Source of the DNA: TPA_inf: Saccharomyces
Lineage: Eukaryota
Direction: 5' to 3'
Assembly (NCBI GenBank): GCA_000146045.2
Contig: BK006941.2
Location: 384,001-448,000, forward strand
Length of the DNA: 64,000 nt
In this document: positions 21,228-33,036 of the stretch, in pieces
How positions within the stretch are numbered: the stretch's first letter is position 1
Layout: each line of letters starts with the position of its first letter
Translations under genes and position numbers: made by a program
The notes under the pieces: generated by a model
Seen by the model: the letters and a program-made list of their open reading frames with translations, nothing else
Told to the model about the DNA's origin: nothing
The model's database searches: none

Positions 21228-21453
21228 GTTACTTATCTTATATATTATATAAAATATGAATCATACTAAGTGGTGGAAGCGCGGAATCTCGGATCTAAAC
21301 TAATTGTTCAGGCATTTATACTTTTGGGTAGTTCAGCTAGGGAAGGCCGGGTTTTATCTCATGTTGTTCGTTTTGTTATAAGGTTGTTTCATATGTGTTT
21401 TATGAACGGTTGAAGTATTGTCATACTGACGCTTCTGATTTTGAGATTCAACA
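21228..21453 (-). mobile_element. Ty3 sigma LTR, truncated, inverted relative to the sigma at 17616; its end lies 17 bp upstream of the tRNA-Arg 5' end
   Basis: It is the reverse complement of the sigma consensus (...GGCATTTATACTTTTGGGTAGTTCAGCTAGGGAAGGCCGGGTTTTATCTCATGTTGTTCG...TTTTGAGATTCAACA). Confidence 0.85.
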
Positions 21454-21469
21454 CTTCCAACAAACAGTA

Positions 21470-21541
21470 GCTCGCGTGGCGTAATGGCAACGCGTCTGAC
21501 TTCTAATCAGAAGATTATGGGTTCGACCCCCATCGTGAGTG
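21470..21541 (+). tRNA. tR(UCU): tRNA-Arg (anticodon UCU)
   Basis: The sequence GCTCGCGTGGCGTAATGGCAACGCGTCTGACTTCTAATCAGAAGATTATGGGTTCGACCCCCATCGTGAGTG is followed by a T7 terminator. Confidence 0.95.
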
Positions 21542-21775
21542 CTTTTTTTGAATAAGCTTGAAATTGGTAAGACATGCCAGCGTACCATAGTATTTCGCTT
21601 TACTGAGGTAACGACAGCAGATATCAAAAATTCATTTTTTCTTACCCAGAACAGAGCTCTTCTTCCACTAACGCTTTTAGTTAGGAATGTATACATTAAC
21701 AGTCTATTTTTTTTTGAAACCTTTCTTCACTGAGATACAACAGATAGATACCAACCAGTAAGATTTAAGTAACTC

Positions 21776-22597
21776 ATGGCTGCGCAGAATGCCTTTGAAC
21801 AAAAAAAGAGGGCAATTTTGAATGAGATAGACTCAACCCAACCAGATTTGTCACCAAAAGGCACTATAGATGAACTATGCCTTCCAATAATTGATCTTAT
21901 CAACGCAAGCGCTGATATGGTGACAACTTCATCGTGTTCCGGTAGAGTCAGTGTATTCTTGGAAGGTACTAAGTCATATAACGGGGAGGTCAAGATAGGT
22001 GGTAAGGGACAAGGCGGTAAATGGCTTTACGTCACTCATGATCGTGAGAAAGTTATTGGCTGGTTAGATGAGTTGAAATCAAAAAGTGAGTTTTCTTTTG
22101 AACTATCTGGCAAGGAGATACCAACAGAGAAAGTAACGGGGAGTATCAGATATATACTTTATAAGTATGAGCCTTTCATATTGCACGTTAAATGCAGAGA
22201 CTTTCAAGCAGCATCCAAGTTATACAACACAGCCATGTCTTGTGGTTTCAGAGAAAGTGGGATTGGTTCGAACAATCTGGTCGCAATCAGAATAAATATC
22301 AAGCTGGACGTACCGCTCGGTTATTTAGATGAGACTTCAGGCACTTTGAAATTTTTTGTAACTCCAGAATACGTAAGCGTTCTGGATTCTTTATCGTTAA
22401 GCAAATTCGATGAGAATACCAGGAAAATGCAAGCACTATATGATAGAATTGAAAAAGAACTCATAAATTGTGCGCCGGATGTAAATTCTAAGGTCAATAT
22501 AACGCCAATCGAAACAAAGGAAGAGAGGAGAGAACGAAAGAAAAGAGAAGGTATGGAGAGACAACGTCAACTTAAGAGCCCACAAAATGTGCTATAA
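21776..22597 (+). CDS. TYW3: tRNA-yW synthesising methyltransferase (wybutosine pathway), 273 aa
   Basis: 273-aa ORF in the YGL050W position with a TYW3-type fold signature (SCSGRV region). Confidence 0.8.
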   Translation: MAAQNAFEQKKRAILNEIDSTQPDLSPKGTIDELCLPIIDLINASADMVTTSSCSGRVSVFLEGTKSYNGEVKIGGKGQGGKWLYVTHDREKVIGWLDELKSKSEFSFELSGKEIPTEKVTGSIRYILYKYEPFILHVKCRDFQAASKLYNTAMSCGFRESGIGSNNLVAIRINIKLDVPLGYLDETSGTLKFFVTPEYVSVLDSLSLSKFDENTRKMQALYDRIEKELINCAPDVNSKVNITPIETKEERRERKKREGMERQRQLKSPQNVL

Positions 22598-22859
22598 GAA
22601 AAGGGGACATACCAAGAATTACTCAGCCTTTATTTTTCTTTCTTGTGGCTCTTGCGTTCATTTTTCGTTGTTATATAATCTTGTTAATCTTTGACGGGAT
22701 AAAAGCGTTATTATTTTGTAATATACACATTAAAACTTATTTTTTTTCTTAAATTTATCTGTATATGATGAAAGATCAGGTCTAGTTAATGCACAAAAAG
22801 GTTTAACACATGAATTAAAAAGGAAAAAGACTAGCTTATCGTTTCTAAAAGAAAATCTT

Positions 22860-25604
22860 TTAATCACTGTCCCCATCGTTATTCATTAATGCGTCGAACA
22901 TATTAGCTCTTGGAGCTTGAGAAACTTCTTCGACTTTACGAGCATTTCTTTGGTTATTTCTGAAAGAACCTGTTTTCGTGGAAGCAAAACTATCTCTTTG
23001 GGTGTTTTGCATGTTCCTTCTGTTAGAAGAATATCTGTTGCTGTTCGATTGGTTGTGATTGTTGAATCTAGAATTTGATCTCTGACTGTTCTTTTTCTGA
23101 CGTAATTGTTCTTCTTCTTGGTGGATTTGTTGAATTGTCTTTGGTCCGGCGTCTTTCTTAGCGCTGTTCCAATGCTTAATTTCCCTCAATTCCTTCACGT
23201 CTATCAACTTGAACTTTATTCTGTTCGATATGGTGCCACCGTCAATGATATGTTGTAACAACATAAATAGATTGTCGAGTAGTACCGAACCTTCAAGAGT
23301 TGCCTGAGGCGTAACAAATTTATCATGTTCAAATTGTTCACCCACAGTATTCAGTAATTCAATAACGGACTCTAATGTCTCCTCGGATGGATCGTTGTTT
23401 AGATCTTTCATTAATCTCCGGAAGCACTCAAACATCATCTTACCAGTTAATAAGTTCAAACAATATAAGTACCCTATGAAACGTACTAAACCTAACCCTC
23501 TTCTCTTGGCGGCAGCCGCAATATAATACTCATCGGACATCATTTCAGGTTCTAGTGGATTACCATCTTCTCCTGCAGGCAACTTATCAGCCCAACCTTT
23601 CTCAAATTCTTCGTGACATCTTGCCACTAAATAATGCAACACAAGCTTTGGTCCATTCTTTCCTTCGTTCTCTTTATCTTTAATGTTTGGGTCAAGGTCT
23701 TTGACCACTTTGCCACATAACTGAGCATACATTGAAGACCAATGAGGTTCATCACAAGCCTTGTGGAAAATTTGTTCAATAACTATTTTCAATGTTTCGC
23801 CATCATCTTCCCACTTTGATTGGTTTGCTATATCCAAAATCTCAGAGGAGATTGAATCAAACATTTCTAAAGTTAACTTGTTTAATAGAGACTTCATTTT
23901 TCGTTCTACTTCTTCCTTGTCAAATAATTCAGTTTTGCCGTCAGGAGCTAACTTCTTTTCTGTTTTTTTAACCCTTGATTTAGGTATCCATCTATTAGCA
24001 CTCGGAACCAACGGGGCGATTTCTTCCTTTGGAGCTTGCTCTTCTGCCTTTTCTGCAGCTTTTTCGCGATCTTTTCTGGAGGTATATCCTCTATTAGATC
24101 TTCTGTCGTCACCCATTCTCTTTGATCTTCTTTTCGATGAAACTCTTGAACTGGAAGTATGGTCCATACCGCGCATAGATGGACTTCTGAAATCGCCTCC
24201 AAATCTGCCACTATCTTTTGGTTTATTTCTGGCTATATGAGGAGGTATAACAATTTTCGAGGATACAGCTTCAACCCACGCAGGATCAGGCCTGAATTTT
24301 AGTTTATCTTTGAATTGCAGTAAGAAGGTAGGGCCATAAGTGTACTTAACGCTTGGTTTCTTGTATTTGATATCAGGCCTTTCAACATTTTCCGGATAGG
24401 CAAACTCATATATGTCAGAAATTGGTTGAGCCTTACCTAAAGTTTCAAGTAGTTGAGATACAGTTGGCATCTCAATATCGGAAGTGGAAGGTTCTGTCTC
24501 CTTCACTGTGTTCTCCTCTGTGGTGATTACGGAATTTATTGTTTCGTCGTCACTTTTATTTACAGTTTTTCCACCAGTCGTATCCGAAATTTCAGTAGTA
24601 TCATCATCTTTAACAAGCTCATCAACATCCTGAGAACTGCTCTCATTCTCGGGTTCGTTAAAAGTCACGGATTTAGTTACACTTCCAGTTACATGTTGTG
24701 GAGTTTTGACACTTGCCCCTGATTTTCCATCAATCACAACTTCATTAGCTTCTCCCGTTGGTTTCGGCGCTTCCTTAATAGGTTCAGATTCAATAACCGA
24801 GTTGGGCTTAGTTGTATCAGTATTATCATGATTTGAAGTTTCTTGCTTCTTCTCAGTTTCGGAGATTAAACCGTTTTTCTTTCTTTCCATGGCAGCTTTG
24901 CGCAATCTCACCTGCTCTAAAAATAATCTCTTAGTATTTTCCGCTTCAGAGGTAGATTTTTCATTAGATGTTTCGGTTAACGTATCTTTAACTGCTTCAT
25001 TAGCAGGTAGTACAGGAGTTGCCTCCTTTTCAAAAGGGGTTCCTGATTTAGATTTCTGCTCTACCCCATCATTCTTCTCTTCACCTTTCGAAGCTTTCTT
25101 TTCTTCGTGGAATTTTTTCAAATTTAAACGTTCACCAGTTTTCGTAGTGATTTCTATTTTTGTAGTTTTAGGTGTAGAGGGAGGTTCGGGATTAGTGTTG
25201 AGTGGTTGGTGTGTATATGGTGGAGAAGCAACTGGAACCATTTGTTGGGGTATATAATACATCTGAGGAGCATAGTAGTTAGCTGGCCATTGCATACCTG
25301 GCAACATTGCCGGGTTATAGTCGTTGTTATTCAGTCTGTAGCCATTATTGAATCTGTTATTGTAGTACTGTGCATTTCCTTGACTATTATTACGATTATT
25401 GTATTTATTTGTCCCGTATTTGCCATTTTTCGACTGGTATTGCTTGTTATTGTGAGGTTCCCTTGCACTGTAAAGATTTTCATTGTAGTGGTTATTTGGC
25501 TGACTATTATTGGCTCCAGAGTATTGGTTATCATGAGGAGGAAATTTCTTGTAGCCATTGGCTTGCTGCGGGTGTGGGGGCGGTGGACCTCTTTGGTCAG
25601 TCAT
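22860..25604 (-). CDS. TIF4632: Translation initiation factor eIF4G2, 914 aa
   Basis: It has an N-terminal Asn/Gln/Tyr-rich region and the eIF4E-binding motif KYTYGPTFLLQF. The MIF4G domain is present, and length and position match YGL049C. Confidence 0.9.
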   Translation of the reverse strand: MTDQRGPPPPHPQQANGYKKFPPHDNQYSGANNSQPNNHYNENLYSAREPHNNKQYQSKNGKYGTNKYNNRNNSQGNAQYYNNRFNNGYRLNNNDYNPAMLPGMQWPANYYAPQMYYIPQQMVPVASPPYTHQPLNTNPEPPSTPKTTKIEITTKTGERLNLKKFHEEKKASKGEEKNDGVEQKSKSGTPFEKEATPVLPANEAVKDTLTETSNEKSTSEAENTKRLFLEQVRLRKAAMERKKNGLISETEKKQETSNHDNTDTTKPNSVIESEPIKEAPKPTGEANEVVIDGKSGASVKTPQHVTGSVTKSVTFNEPENESSSQDVDELVKDDDTTEISDTTGGKTVNKSDDETINSVITTEENTVKETEPSTSDIEMPTVSQLLETLGKAQPISDIYEFAYPENVERPDIKYKKPSVKYTYGPTFLLQFKDKLKFRPDPAWVEAVSSKIVIPPHIARNKPKDSGRFGGDFRSPSMRGMDHTSSSRVSSKRRSKRMGDDRRSNRGYTSRKDREKAAEKAEEQAPKEEIAPLVPSANRWIPKSRVKKTEKKLAPDGKTELFDKEEVERKMKSLLNKLTLEMFDSISSEILDIANQSKWEDDGETLKIVIEQIFHKACDEPHWSSMYAQLCGKVVKDLDPNIKDKENEGKNGPKLVLHYLVARCHEEFEKGWADKLPAGEDGNPLEPEMMSDEYYIAAAAKRRGLGLVRFIGYLYCLNLLTGKMMFECFRRLMKDLNNDPSEETLESVIELLNTVGEQFEHDKFVTPQATLEGSVLLDNLFMLLQHIIDGGTISNRIKFKLIDVKELREIKHWNSAKKDAGPKTIQQIHQEEEQLRQKKNSQRSNSRFNNHNQSNSNRYSSNRRNMQNTQRDSFASTKTGSFRNNQRNARKVEEVSQAPRANMFDALMNNDGDSD

Positions 25605-26068
25605 AGTGCCTACAATTGATCTATTGTTCTTTGTAATAAATTCTTTCTTTCAGGAACAGTAAAAACAGCCTAAAAATATGAAGTCGCCGTAGTAAACGTT
25701 ATCTTCTAGTTACTATCAACACAGACGCCTTTTTAAATTCGAGGGTCAAGGCTGCTAGGCTGAGTGGTCGTTTGCTGTGTTTACCTCTAATCAAAAACTT
25801 ATTATCTTTTTTTTTTCAGTCCTTTTTGCAAAGCAGGTACCTACTATTTTTCAAAATACACTAAAGGAACGGGCCCCCCGGCTTACTATTAATAAGGTCA
25901 GGACGGGGAAAAAGCAGCAATGCTCTGCCCCTCTGTTCTCGAAAAGACAAACGGTTGTTATATCCTGTATATCCAGCGGTATAATTTTGCCTCTTAGTTA
26001 ATGCTAAACTATGATATTATACACATACACTAAGTAACATATACAATGAGCCAAGTGAAACGAATACA

Positions 26069-27286
26069 TCACTTGAACAGCTTGGCGACAGAAATGGCCG
26101 TTTCTTGGTTCTTGTTCATAACCTTACCCACAGCGAGTTCGAAGTCTTCTTGAGTAACGTGTATTCTTCTTTCTCTTAAAGCATACATACCAGCTTCTGT
26201 ACAGACACCTTTGACATCGGCACCAGAACAACCGTTCATCTTTTCAGCAACCTTTCTCAAGTTGATACCACGAGTTAGATTCATTTTTCTGGAATGGATT
26301 CTTAAAATTTCAGCTCTAGCTGCGACACTTGGAGGTGGAAATTCAATCTTCCTATCTATTCTACCGGGTCTCAAAAGTGCTGGATCTAGAATATCTAGTC
26401 TATTCGTGGCCATTATGATCTTGATATTTTTAGAAGTTTCAAACCCGTCCAATTGGTTTAGTAGTTCTAACATTGTTCTTTGAACTTCTGAATCACCACC
26501 ACCAGAACCTTCTACACGAGTAGAGCCAATGGAATCGATTTCATCCATAAAGATAATTGAGGGAGCATGTTCTCTAGCCATCACAAACAGCTCACGGACC
26601 ATACGGGAACCTTCGCCGATATACTTTTGTACCAGTTCCGCACCACTGACCCTGATGAATTTACAATCAGTGTGATGTGCGACAGCTCTTGCCAATAAGG
26701 TTTTCCCTGTACCAGGGGGGCCATATAAGATGACACCCTTTGGTTGCGCAATACCCAAACTTTCAAAAAGTTCAGGATGTTTTACGGGCAATTCAATAAC
26801 TTCTTTAATCTCCTTTATTTGCTTTGTCAAACCACCAACCATATCGTATGTGGAATCAGGAACTTTTTCCACCATCATCAACGAAACTAGTGGGTCAGCC
26901 TTATTCTCAAGAACTTTATGCAACATATAAGAGTCACTCCTTAGACAAACTCTTTGAGATGCCTTTAAGTCCTTCACGTTTATATCTTTTGCAACATCCA
27001 CGATGTATTTTCCCTCAGGTTGCACTTTAACGAGAACTTTTTTGTCAGACACGATCTTTATAACTTCACCCACATAAGATCCAGGTTCCTGTAATAGACG
27101 CAGTTCGTCCTTGATAAAACGTACTTTGTCATTCAATGCATTCCTTTGAGCTTCCAGTCTGCGAACATTTTCTGTTTTGGAGCGGATCTTTAATTCTGTT
27201 TCTTGGATCTTCTGTTCAAAATATGGTTTGATACCACTTTCGTGGGTTTCTAATACTATATTGGAGGATGTTACAGCAGCTGTCAT
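26069..27286 (-). CDS. RPT6: 26S proteasome regulatory AAA-ATPase subunit Rpt6/Sug1, 405 aa
   Basis: Walker A (GPPGTGKT) and Walker B (IIFMDEIDS) motifs plus an N-terminal coiled coil. Confidence 0.95.
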
Positions 27287-27551
27287 TGTCGTGATAGTAT
27301 CCCACTATACTGTTGTTCCGTTTACATAAAACCTAACCTAACTGTTACTGATATTACAACTTTTGCCACCTCGCTCGCATTTTGACAGTTTTAAAATACG
27401 AAAATTTCCGAACAAGAATAAGGGTAGAGAAGTATGCAAAATATGATTTCATATTAAAAAACCCAACCGAAGAAAAAGGGAAATAGAAAAACAAGTTTTC
27501 AGTCGCAAAAAGAGGTTAAACAAACGAGTCAGAAGCCAGCTCTTTCAAACA

Positions 27552-28160
27552 ATGGGTATTATTGAAGAAAAGGCTCTTTTTGTTACGTGTGGGGCAACGG
27601 TGCCATTTCCAAAGCTCGTCTCATGTGTGCTAAGCGACGAATTCTGCCAAGAATTGATTCAATATGGATTCGTACGTCTAATCATTCAGTTTGGGAGAAA
27701 CTACAGTTCTGAATTTGAGCATTTAGTGCAAGAACGCGGGGGCCAAAGAGAAAGCCAAAAAATTCCAATTGACCAGTTTGGCTGTGGCGACACCGCAAGA
27801 CAGTATGTCCTGATGAACGGGAAATTAAAGGTGATCGGGTTTGACTTTTCGACCAAGATGCAAAGTATTATACGTGATTATTCAGATTTGGTCATATCAC
27901 ACGCTGGAACGGGCTCTATACTAGATTCTCTACGGTTGAATAAACCGTTGATAGTTTGCGTAAACGATTCTTTGATGGATAACCACCAGCAGCAGATAGC
28001 AGACAAGTTTGTAGAGTTGGGCTACGTATGGTCTTGTGCACCCACTGAAACAGGTTTGATAGCTGGTTTACGTGCATCTCAAACAGAGAAACTCAAACCA
28101 TTCCCAGTTTCTCATAACCCGTCATTTGAGCGATTGCTAGTTGAAACTATATACAGCTAG
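27552..28160 (+). CDS. ALG13: UDP-GlcNAc transferase catalytic subunit Alg13, 202 aa
   Basis: 202-aa glycosyltransferase-28 C-terminal domain protein in the YGL047W position. Confidence 0.85.
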   Translation: MGIIEEKALFVTCGATVPFPKLVSCVLSDEFCQELIQYGFVRLIIQFGRNYSSEFEHLVQERGGQRESQKIPIDQFGCGDTARQYVLMNGKLKVIGFDFSTKMQSIIRDYSDLVISHAGTGSILDSLRLNKPLIVCVNDSLMDNHQQQIADKFVELGYVWSCAPTETGLIAGLRASQTEKLKPFPVSHNPSFERLLVETIYS

Positions 28161-28293
28161 TTAGTAAGATTTTAAAAGACGAAAAGAACGGAAAGTAGGA
28201 CAACTACCAAAAAAAAAGATGGAAGGTTTCTTTGGTTAGTTAGCAGTATCCGCGTAATGCCTTAGACGTTTTTGATCAGAAAAAAATAAAACT

Positions 28294-28367
28294 TGATTTC
28301 GCCCAGGATCGAACTGGGGACGTTCTGCGTGTTAAGCAGATGCCATAACCGACTAGACCACGAAACC
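28294..28367 (-). tRNA. tV(AAC): tRNA-Val (anticodon AAC)
   Basis: The reverse complement reads GGTTTCGTGGTCTAGTCGGTTATGGCATCTGCTTAACACGCAGAACGTCCCCAGTTCGATCCTGGGCGAAATCA. A T-run terminator follows on the minus strand. Confidence 0.95.
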
Positions 28368-28455
28368 AGTTTTTTGATGTTTCGTTTAGGGACAAGAGTC
28401 CTATGAGAGTCCACTAAAATTCTAAAAATAATTGTATCAACAACCGTCATGCAGC

Positions 28456-28793
28456 TGTTGTATCAAGAATCGACCACCATCTATAGACTATTGTTCATAG
28501 CTGTATTACAATATCATATAAGATGTAAGGATAGAACGTGAAGATCGAGAAACAGTCAGCAGATTTAATGGAAGCTGAAATGCACGGATTGATAATGTAA
28601 TAGAATAAGTGACAACATAAGAAATGAAAGAAAAAAAATAACATTAATATAATTTAGAAATGTTAGTTTCCTTCTATGAACTCTCGTATCCCTGGGGAGG
28701 ACTTTCAATATATTCAGTATACCTACCGTTCAAATGATACTCTAAAATATCATCTATTAAGTGGTATTCAGGTTTTTCCCACGCAAGATTGAG
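28456..28793 (+). mobile_element. Diverged solo delta-like LTR about 90 bp upstream of tRNA-Val
   Basis: It starts TGTTG and shows delta-consensus blocks (ATATCATATAAGATGT..., TAATGGAAGCTGAAATGCACGGATTGATAATGTAATAGAATAAG, CCTGGGGAGGACTTTCAATATATTCAGTATACCTA). It is diverged, so the end coordinate is approximate. Confidence 0.55.
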
Positions 28794-30101
28794 TGCGTCA
28801 GGCAAAGCCACGATCGCAGATTACTCTCCTAACAATATTAAGATCGTCAAGAACATCCGGTTTTACTCAAGCGCTTAATACAACACGTCGGCTTTCGCTC
28901 AACTGCAGTATATTGTGTCTGTAACCTCTCCCGTCAAGTTTGCGCCACGGGCCCAATAACCAACTTCTGCGCCATTGTTACGGAAAAGTGGCCATCTTTG
29001 CTATGCTCGTAAGGCTAGCGCTCTCTAAGTACGCCAGCCCAAAAACTCCGTATCGCTCTTCATCGGAATTGCTATATCTACAGCCGACGGGCACTCTATG
29101 TATACTCATATCACAGCCACTGTTGCACTACATTATTCGCAGGGACTCCGAGATCGCTGAGCATGTTGCTAAGCAACTTACCAAGGTTGGAATGCATTAT
29201 ATAGTCCGATATAGACCCCGCTCGGACTATATTATATAAATTCAAATAGCACTTTCAACGAGTGTCTTAATCCGTCCTAGTTCCTGCTCTCGCTCCACGT
29301 TGTCATCCCACCCATTCGCACGGGTCTTCTGTGCGAATGAGCCACAACGGGGCCGAGTTCAGCGCGTGTCCGCCTACAACGTCCGCCAACTAGTGGCAAT
29401 TGCTAGGCTACGCCGACCACGCTGACACGCACCGTTCTACTCGCTCTATGCTGCGGTGTGACGTGTGAACGCGCGATCGTTCGCAATCGTATCGTTTGCC
29501 AAGAAAAAAAGCCAATCGGAGAATCTGAAAATCGCTATTCGGCTTGCAGGTCGCACGCACTCAGAGTACGAAATGCCAAGTACCGGAATTTCCTTGGCCT
29601 TTTTTAAGTTTCTTCTCTTCTATTCTTTTTCCCCTTTCTTTCTTCCTTTGCTATCTGTCTGGTTTAAATAAACATAGTATTTTTTTGTGTCTAAGCCTCT
29701 TCCTCTTCTCTCGTACTTGCTCTACTACCACTTTACTTAATCGCCTTTCTTTGTTTTCTTTCTTCGTTATTTGTTCTTGGACTTTTCCGCTCCAATCCCA
29801 ACGATTGGCTTCAAAACACGTTCTACTGTCTAGCAATTTCTGCAGGTGCCATTTTTCTTAGGCTTATACCCTTTCCTTTTCCCCTTACATTTGATTTCTT
29901 CTTCAAAGTTCCTTATAGTATTATTGTCTAAGCTCTATTGAGTCAAAAGTAACAATCTAGACGAAGAAAAAAAAAAAATAGAAAATAGACATCCCCGAAT
30001 ACGCATCATCTCACGCACGTACAAGATTTTAACGTTAAAGCCAAAGTACGCTAGTATAGTATCATCAGCATCACCCTCACTATCGGTAGCATTGACCAAA
30101 C

Positions 30102-31730
30102 ATGTCGTTACTGAGACTGTGGAACAAAGAATCAAGGGCACCATCAAAAATAAAGAGTCATGGTATTGTTGGCAGTTACGGCAACAGCATGCTGGCCCAT
30201 AACAACGTGAAGCAATTTCGTATAGACATAGACGAACCGCATAGAGTATGGAAACCGAATGAAAGCATAACCGGAGAAGCGGTCATTGACATAAAGAGAG
30301 ACATAACTAACGTAGCGATCAAATTATCGCTAGTATGTGAGGTTCGCGTGAAAACGGGGAACAGTCCAACCTCCAAGAATAAGAGAATTGAGAAAACCTT
30401 AGAGAAGTCGACGTTTCTTTATGGACAGGACTACGTAAAGACAGCTTTTTCGGCTAAGGAAAAGAAACCGCATGTTGACAAAACCACCATTCTCAATGGT
30501 TTAAGCAAGGGGGAACACAGGTTTCCCTTTAGGATACGAATACCACGAGGCAGAGGAATGTTGAGCTCTATAAAGTTCGAAAGGGGCTCGATAACATACT
30601 TCCTCTCTTGCACTTTAGAATCCCTCAACAACATCAACGGATTAAAAAAACCGGAAGCAAGATGCGAACGTGAGTTTGCAGTCATAGTTCCGCTGGACGT
30701 CTCGAGGCTGCCCAAGCCGAAAACTAAGACAGTGGTTTTACAATCAGCATCTATGGTCCAAAACAAAAAGAACAAATCTACAGAGGACGAATCCTCATCG
30801 TATACACAATTAACTCAAAAGTCTACTACTTCTAATTCTTCTAGCAGTTCAGTAAACTCCAAGACGTCCCCCTTACCAAATAAAACGGTGACTATATCCG
30901 TAGACATACCGCAGGCTGGATTCATGATTGGTGAAATTATCCCTATAGACGTTAAGATTGACCACTATAAGCCTTTCTATGCCCCTGCGGGTCTCACCAC
31001 CACTTTGGTGAGGATATGTAGGGTGGGCGGTGCAGGCAAAGATGATCCTATGGAGACTTTCAGAAAAGATATATGTCAGAGTATCTCTCCTATATATATT
31101 AACCCTGAAACGTTGCAGTTTCAATCTAGAGTTTATCTGAAAGTGCCCCTTGATGCATTTTCGACCCTTACTACTGTGGGAAAATTTTTCTCCTTCCAAT
31201 ACTATATCGAGGTTATGGTTAACTTATCAAAAAAAAACGTGGTTTACACAGAATCTAATAGAATAATAGGAACTCCTATTGGAGAACAAAATGGCTTGGG
31301 CGTAGAGAATAATATCAACCGTATCCAAAGGAAAATGCTACGTATGGTCAATCCAGAAACGTTGGAGAACGATTCTGAGGGTTATGAATCCAGTATATTT
31401 TTCAAAGATATGGTAAATGTGGAAAAGCTAAAGAGACTGAGGAATGTAACTGGTATGTCCATAGAAACCGTCATAGGAACGACGAGATCCGAACAGCAGC
31501 AATCTGATGCAAGCATCCCATCCCAATCCTCAATCACGGCTCCTCAAAATTCTCCATCGAATTTAAGAGATTGGTTGGCCCCATTAAATGCATATGATAG
31601 TGACGATGTTCCAGTTCCAAAGTATTCGCCAAATGATAAAGTCAGTGTACCGTCGGAAGACAAACAAGAACTTGAACAAAAAAGACTACAACAGTTAGAA
31701 AGCGATCCTCCCCCTTGTGATGACTATTAA
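30102..31730 (+). CDS. RIM8: Arrestin-related protein of the Rim101 pH-signalling pathway, 542 aa
   Basis: 542-aa ORF with arrestin N/C-like regions and a C-terminal PxY-like region, in the YGL045W position. Confidence 0.85.
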
Positions 31731-32145
31731 AAAGTGCAGGTAACAAGTCATATACTCGCAGCTTGCGCCGTGTTGGAACTAGGCGCCTTAATCATGTTTG
31801 CATATTTCCACTATCCCAGCCACGTAATGATCCATGACATTAACATAGAAAAAAAAAATCGAAGCATGCACAAACCTGAGATTTATATATGTTCATGTGT
31901 ACTTAATATACGTTTAATGATTAAAACTATAGCCGTCCTCAGGCAAACTGAGATAAGAAACGAAAAAATAGCAGTAACGTAAACGTTATTCTATATTTAT
32001 AAAGACGTCAAAAAAAAAAGTGATTGTGATATTGAGATGTAAGCTATATACCGAACTTTGAGCTCCCTCACGTGGAAAATATGATAGATTGTTGCCTCAT
32101 CATTGCGGAACCGCATTTTTTTTTTGTATTTTTGCCTCCCTAGTT

Positions 32146-33036
32146 TCAAAATGCACCAAATTCTCCCCTTAATGCTTTTTGTTTTAAGTCCCAAATAGCC
32201 ATCCTTTCATCATCGGGCAAGATAGAAATTTGACTGTCATTCAGTTGTAACACCTGTTTCAGTAGTTCTTTCTGTTTGTTAAGCACAGCTGGATCCACCA
32301 CCTCGTTCACGCTATTGTTATTCGTAGCCGATGCCTCTTCTTGCGGCCTGGAAGCTAACGGGATCAAATCATCCACTTTACATATCCCATTCGTTAGCAA
32401 TAATTCAGCCGTAACAAAACTCAACTGTGGACACAGCTCTAATAGCGAAACAGCATCTTCAGGATGCGCTCTTGTCCATTCTTGGAATTTTTGTAAAAAT
32501 TTCAACTGCACCTCTTTCGGTTTTTTAGCTAGTTCGCTCGATATCATCATAGCAGGGGTGGTCATGTTTATGTTAACGTCGATACCAGAGGGCAATTCTG
32601 GAAACTTTTGACTTAGAAAATTGGCATTTCCGCTGTTTTGAAAGTCCGGCCCATTACTATTATTATTATTATTTCCATTGTTGTTATTGTTCCCATTAAT
32701 GTTGTTGTACTGTTGTTGTTGCTGTTGTGAAACTCCCGATATATCACTATTGCTGGAGTAACCGCATTTCAAAAACCTAGAGCCTAATTGGTATCCATTC
32801 AAATTACGTACTGCGCTGGCACTGGACTCTAAATCTCTAAATTCAATAAACGCGTACCCTTTCGACCTACCAGTTTGGGGGTCGAACATCATTTTCAAAT
32901 TGATCACGGGCCCAACATTACTACATAAATCAAGTATCTGCTCCTCTGTTTGATCGTATGGTATAGAACCCAGATACACCACTCGGGATGGTGGGTTGTT
33001 CTGTACCCCCGCATTCACACCGCTCTGCCTATTCAT
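32146..33036 (-). CDS. RNA15: Cleavage factor IA subunit with N-terminal RRM, 296 aa
   Basis: RRM (VYLGSIPYDQTEEQILDLCSNVGPV...KGYAFIEF) followed by an Asn/Gln-rich linker. Confidence 0.9.
   Translation of the reverse strand: MNRQSGVNAGVQNNPPSRVVYLGSIPYDQTEEQILDLCSNVGPVINLKMMFDPQTGRSKGYAFIEFRDLESSASAVRNLNGYQLGSRFLKCGYSSNSDISGVSQQQQQQYNNINGNNNNNGNNNNNSNGPDFQNSGNANFLSQKFPELPSGIDVNINMTTPAMMISSELAKKPKEVQLKFLQKFQEWTRAHPEDAVSLLELCPQLSFVTAELLLTNGICKVDDLIPLASRPQEEASATNNNSVNEVVDPAVLNKQKELLKQVLQLNDSQISILPDDERMAIWDLKQKALRGEFGAF

Noticed and set aside
28900-30101. Search for a 5' UTR intron in the RIM8 leader
   Set aside because: No GTATGT-type donor with a TACTAAC-like branch point and appropriately spaced acceptor was found in the leader, so no intron was called.
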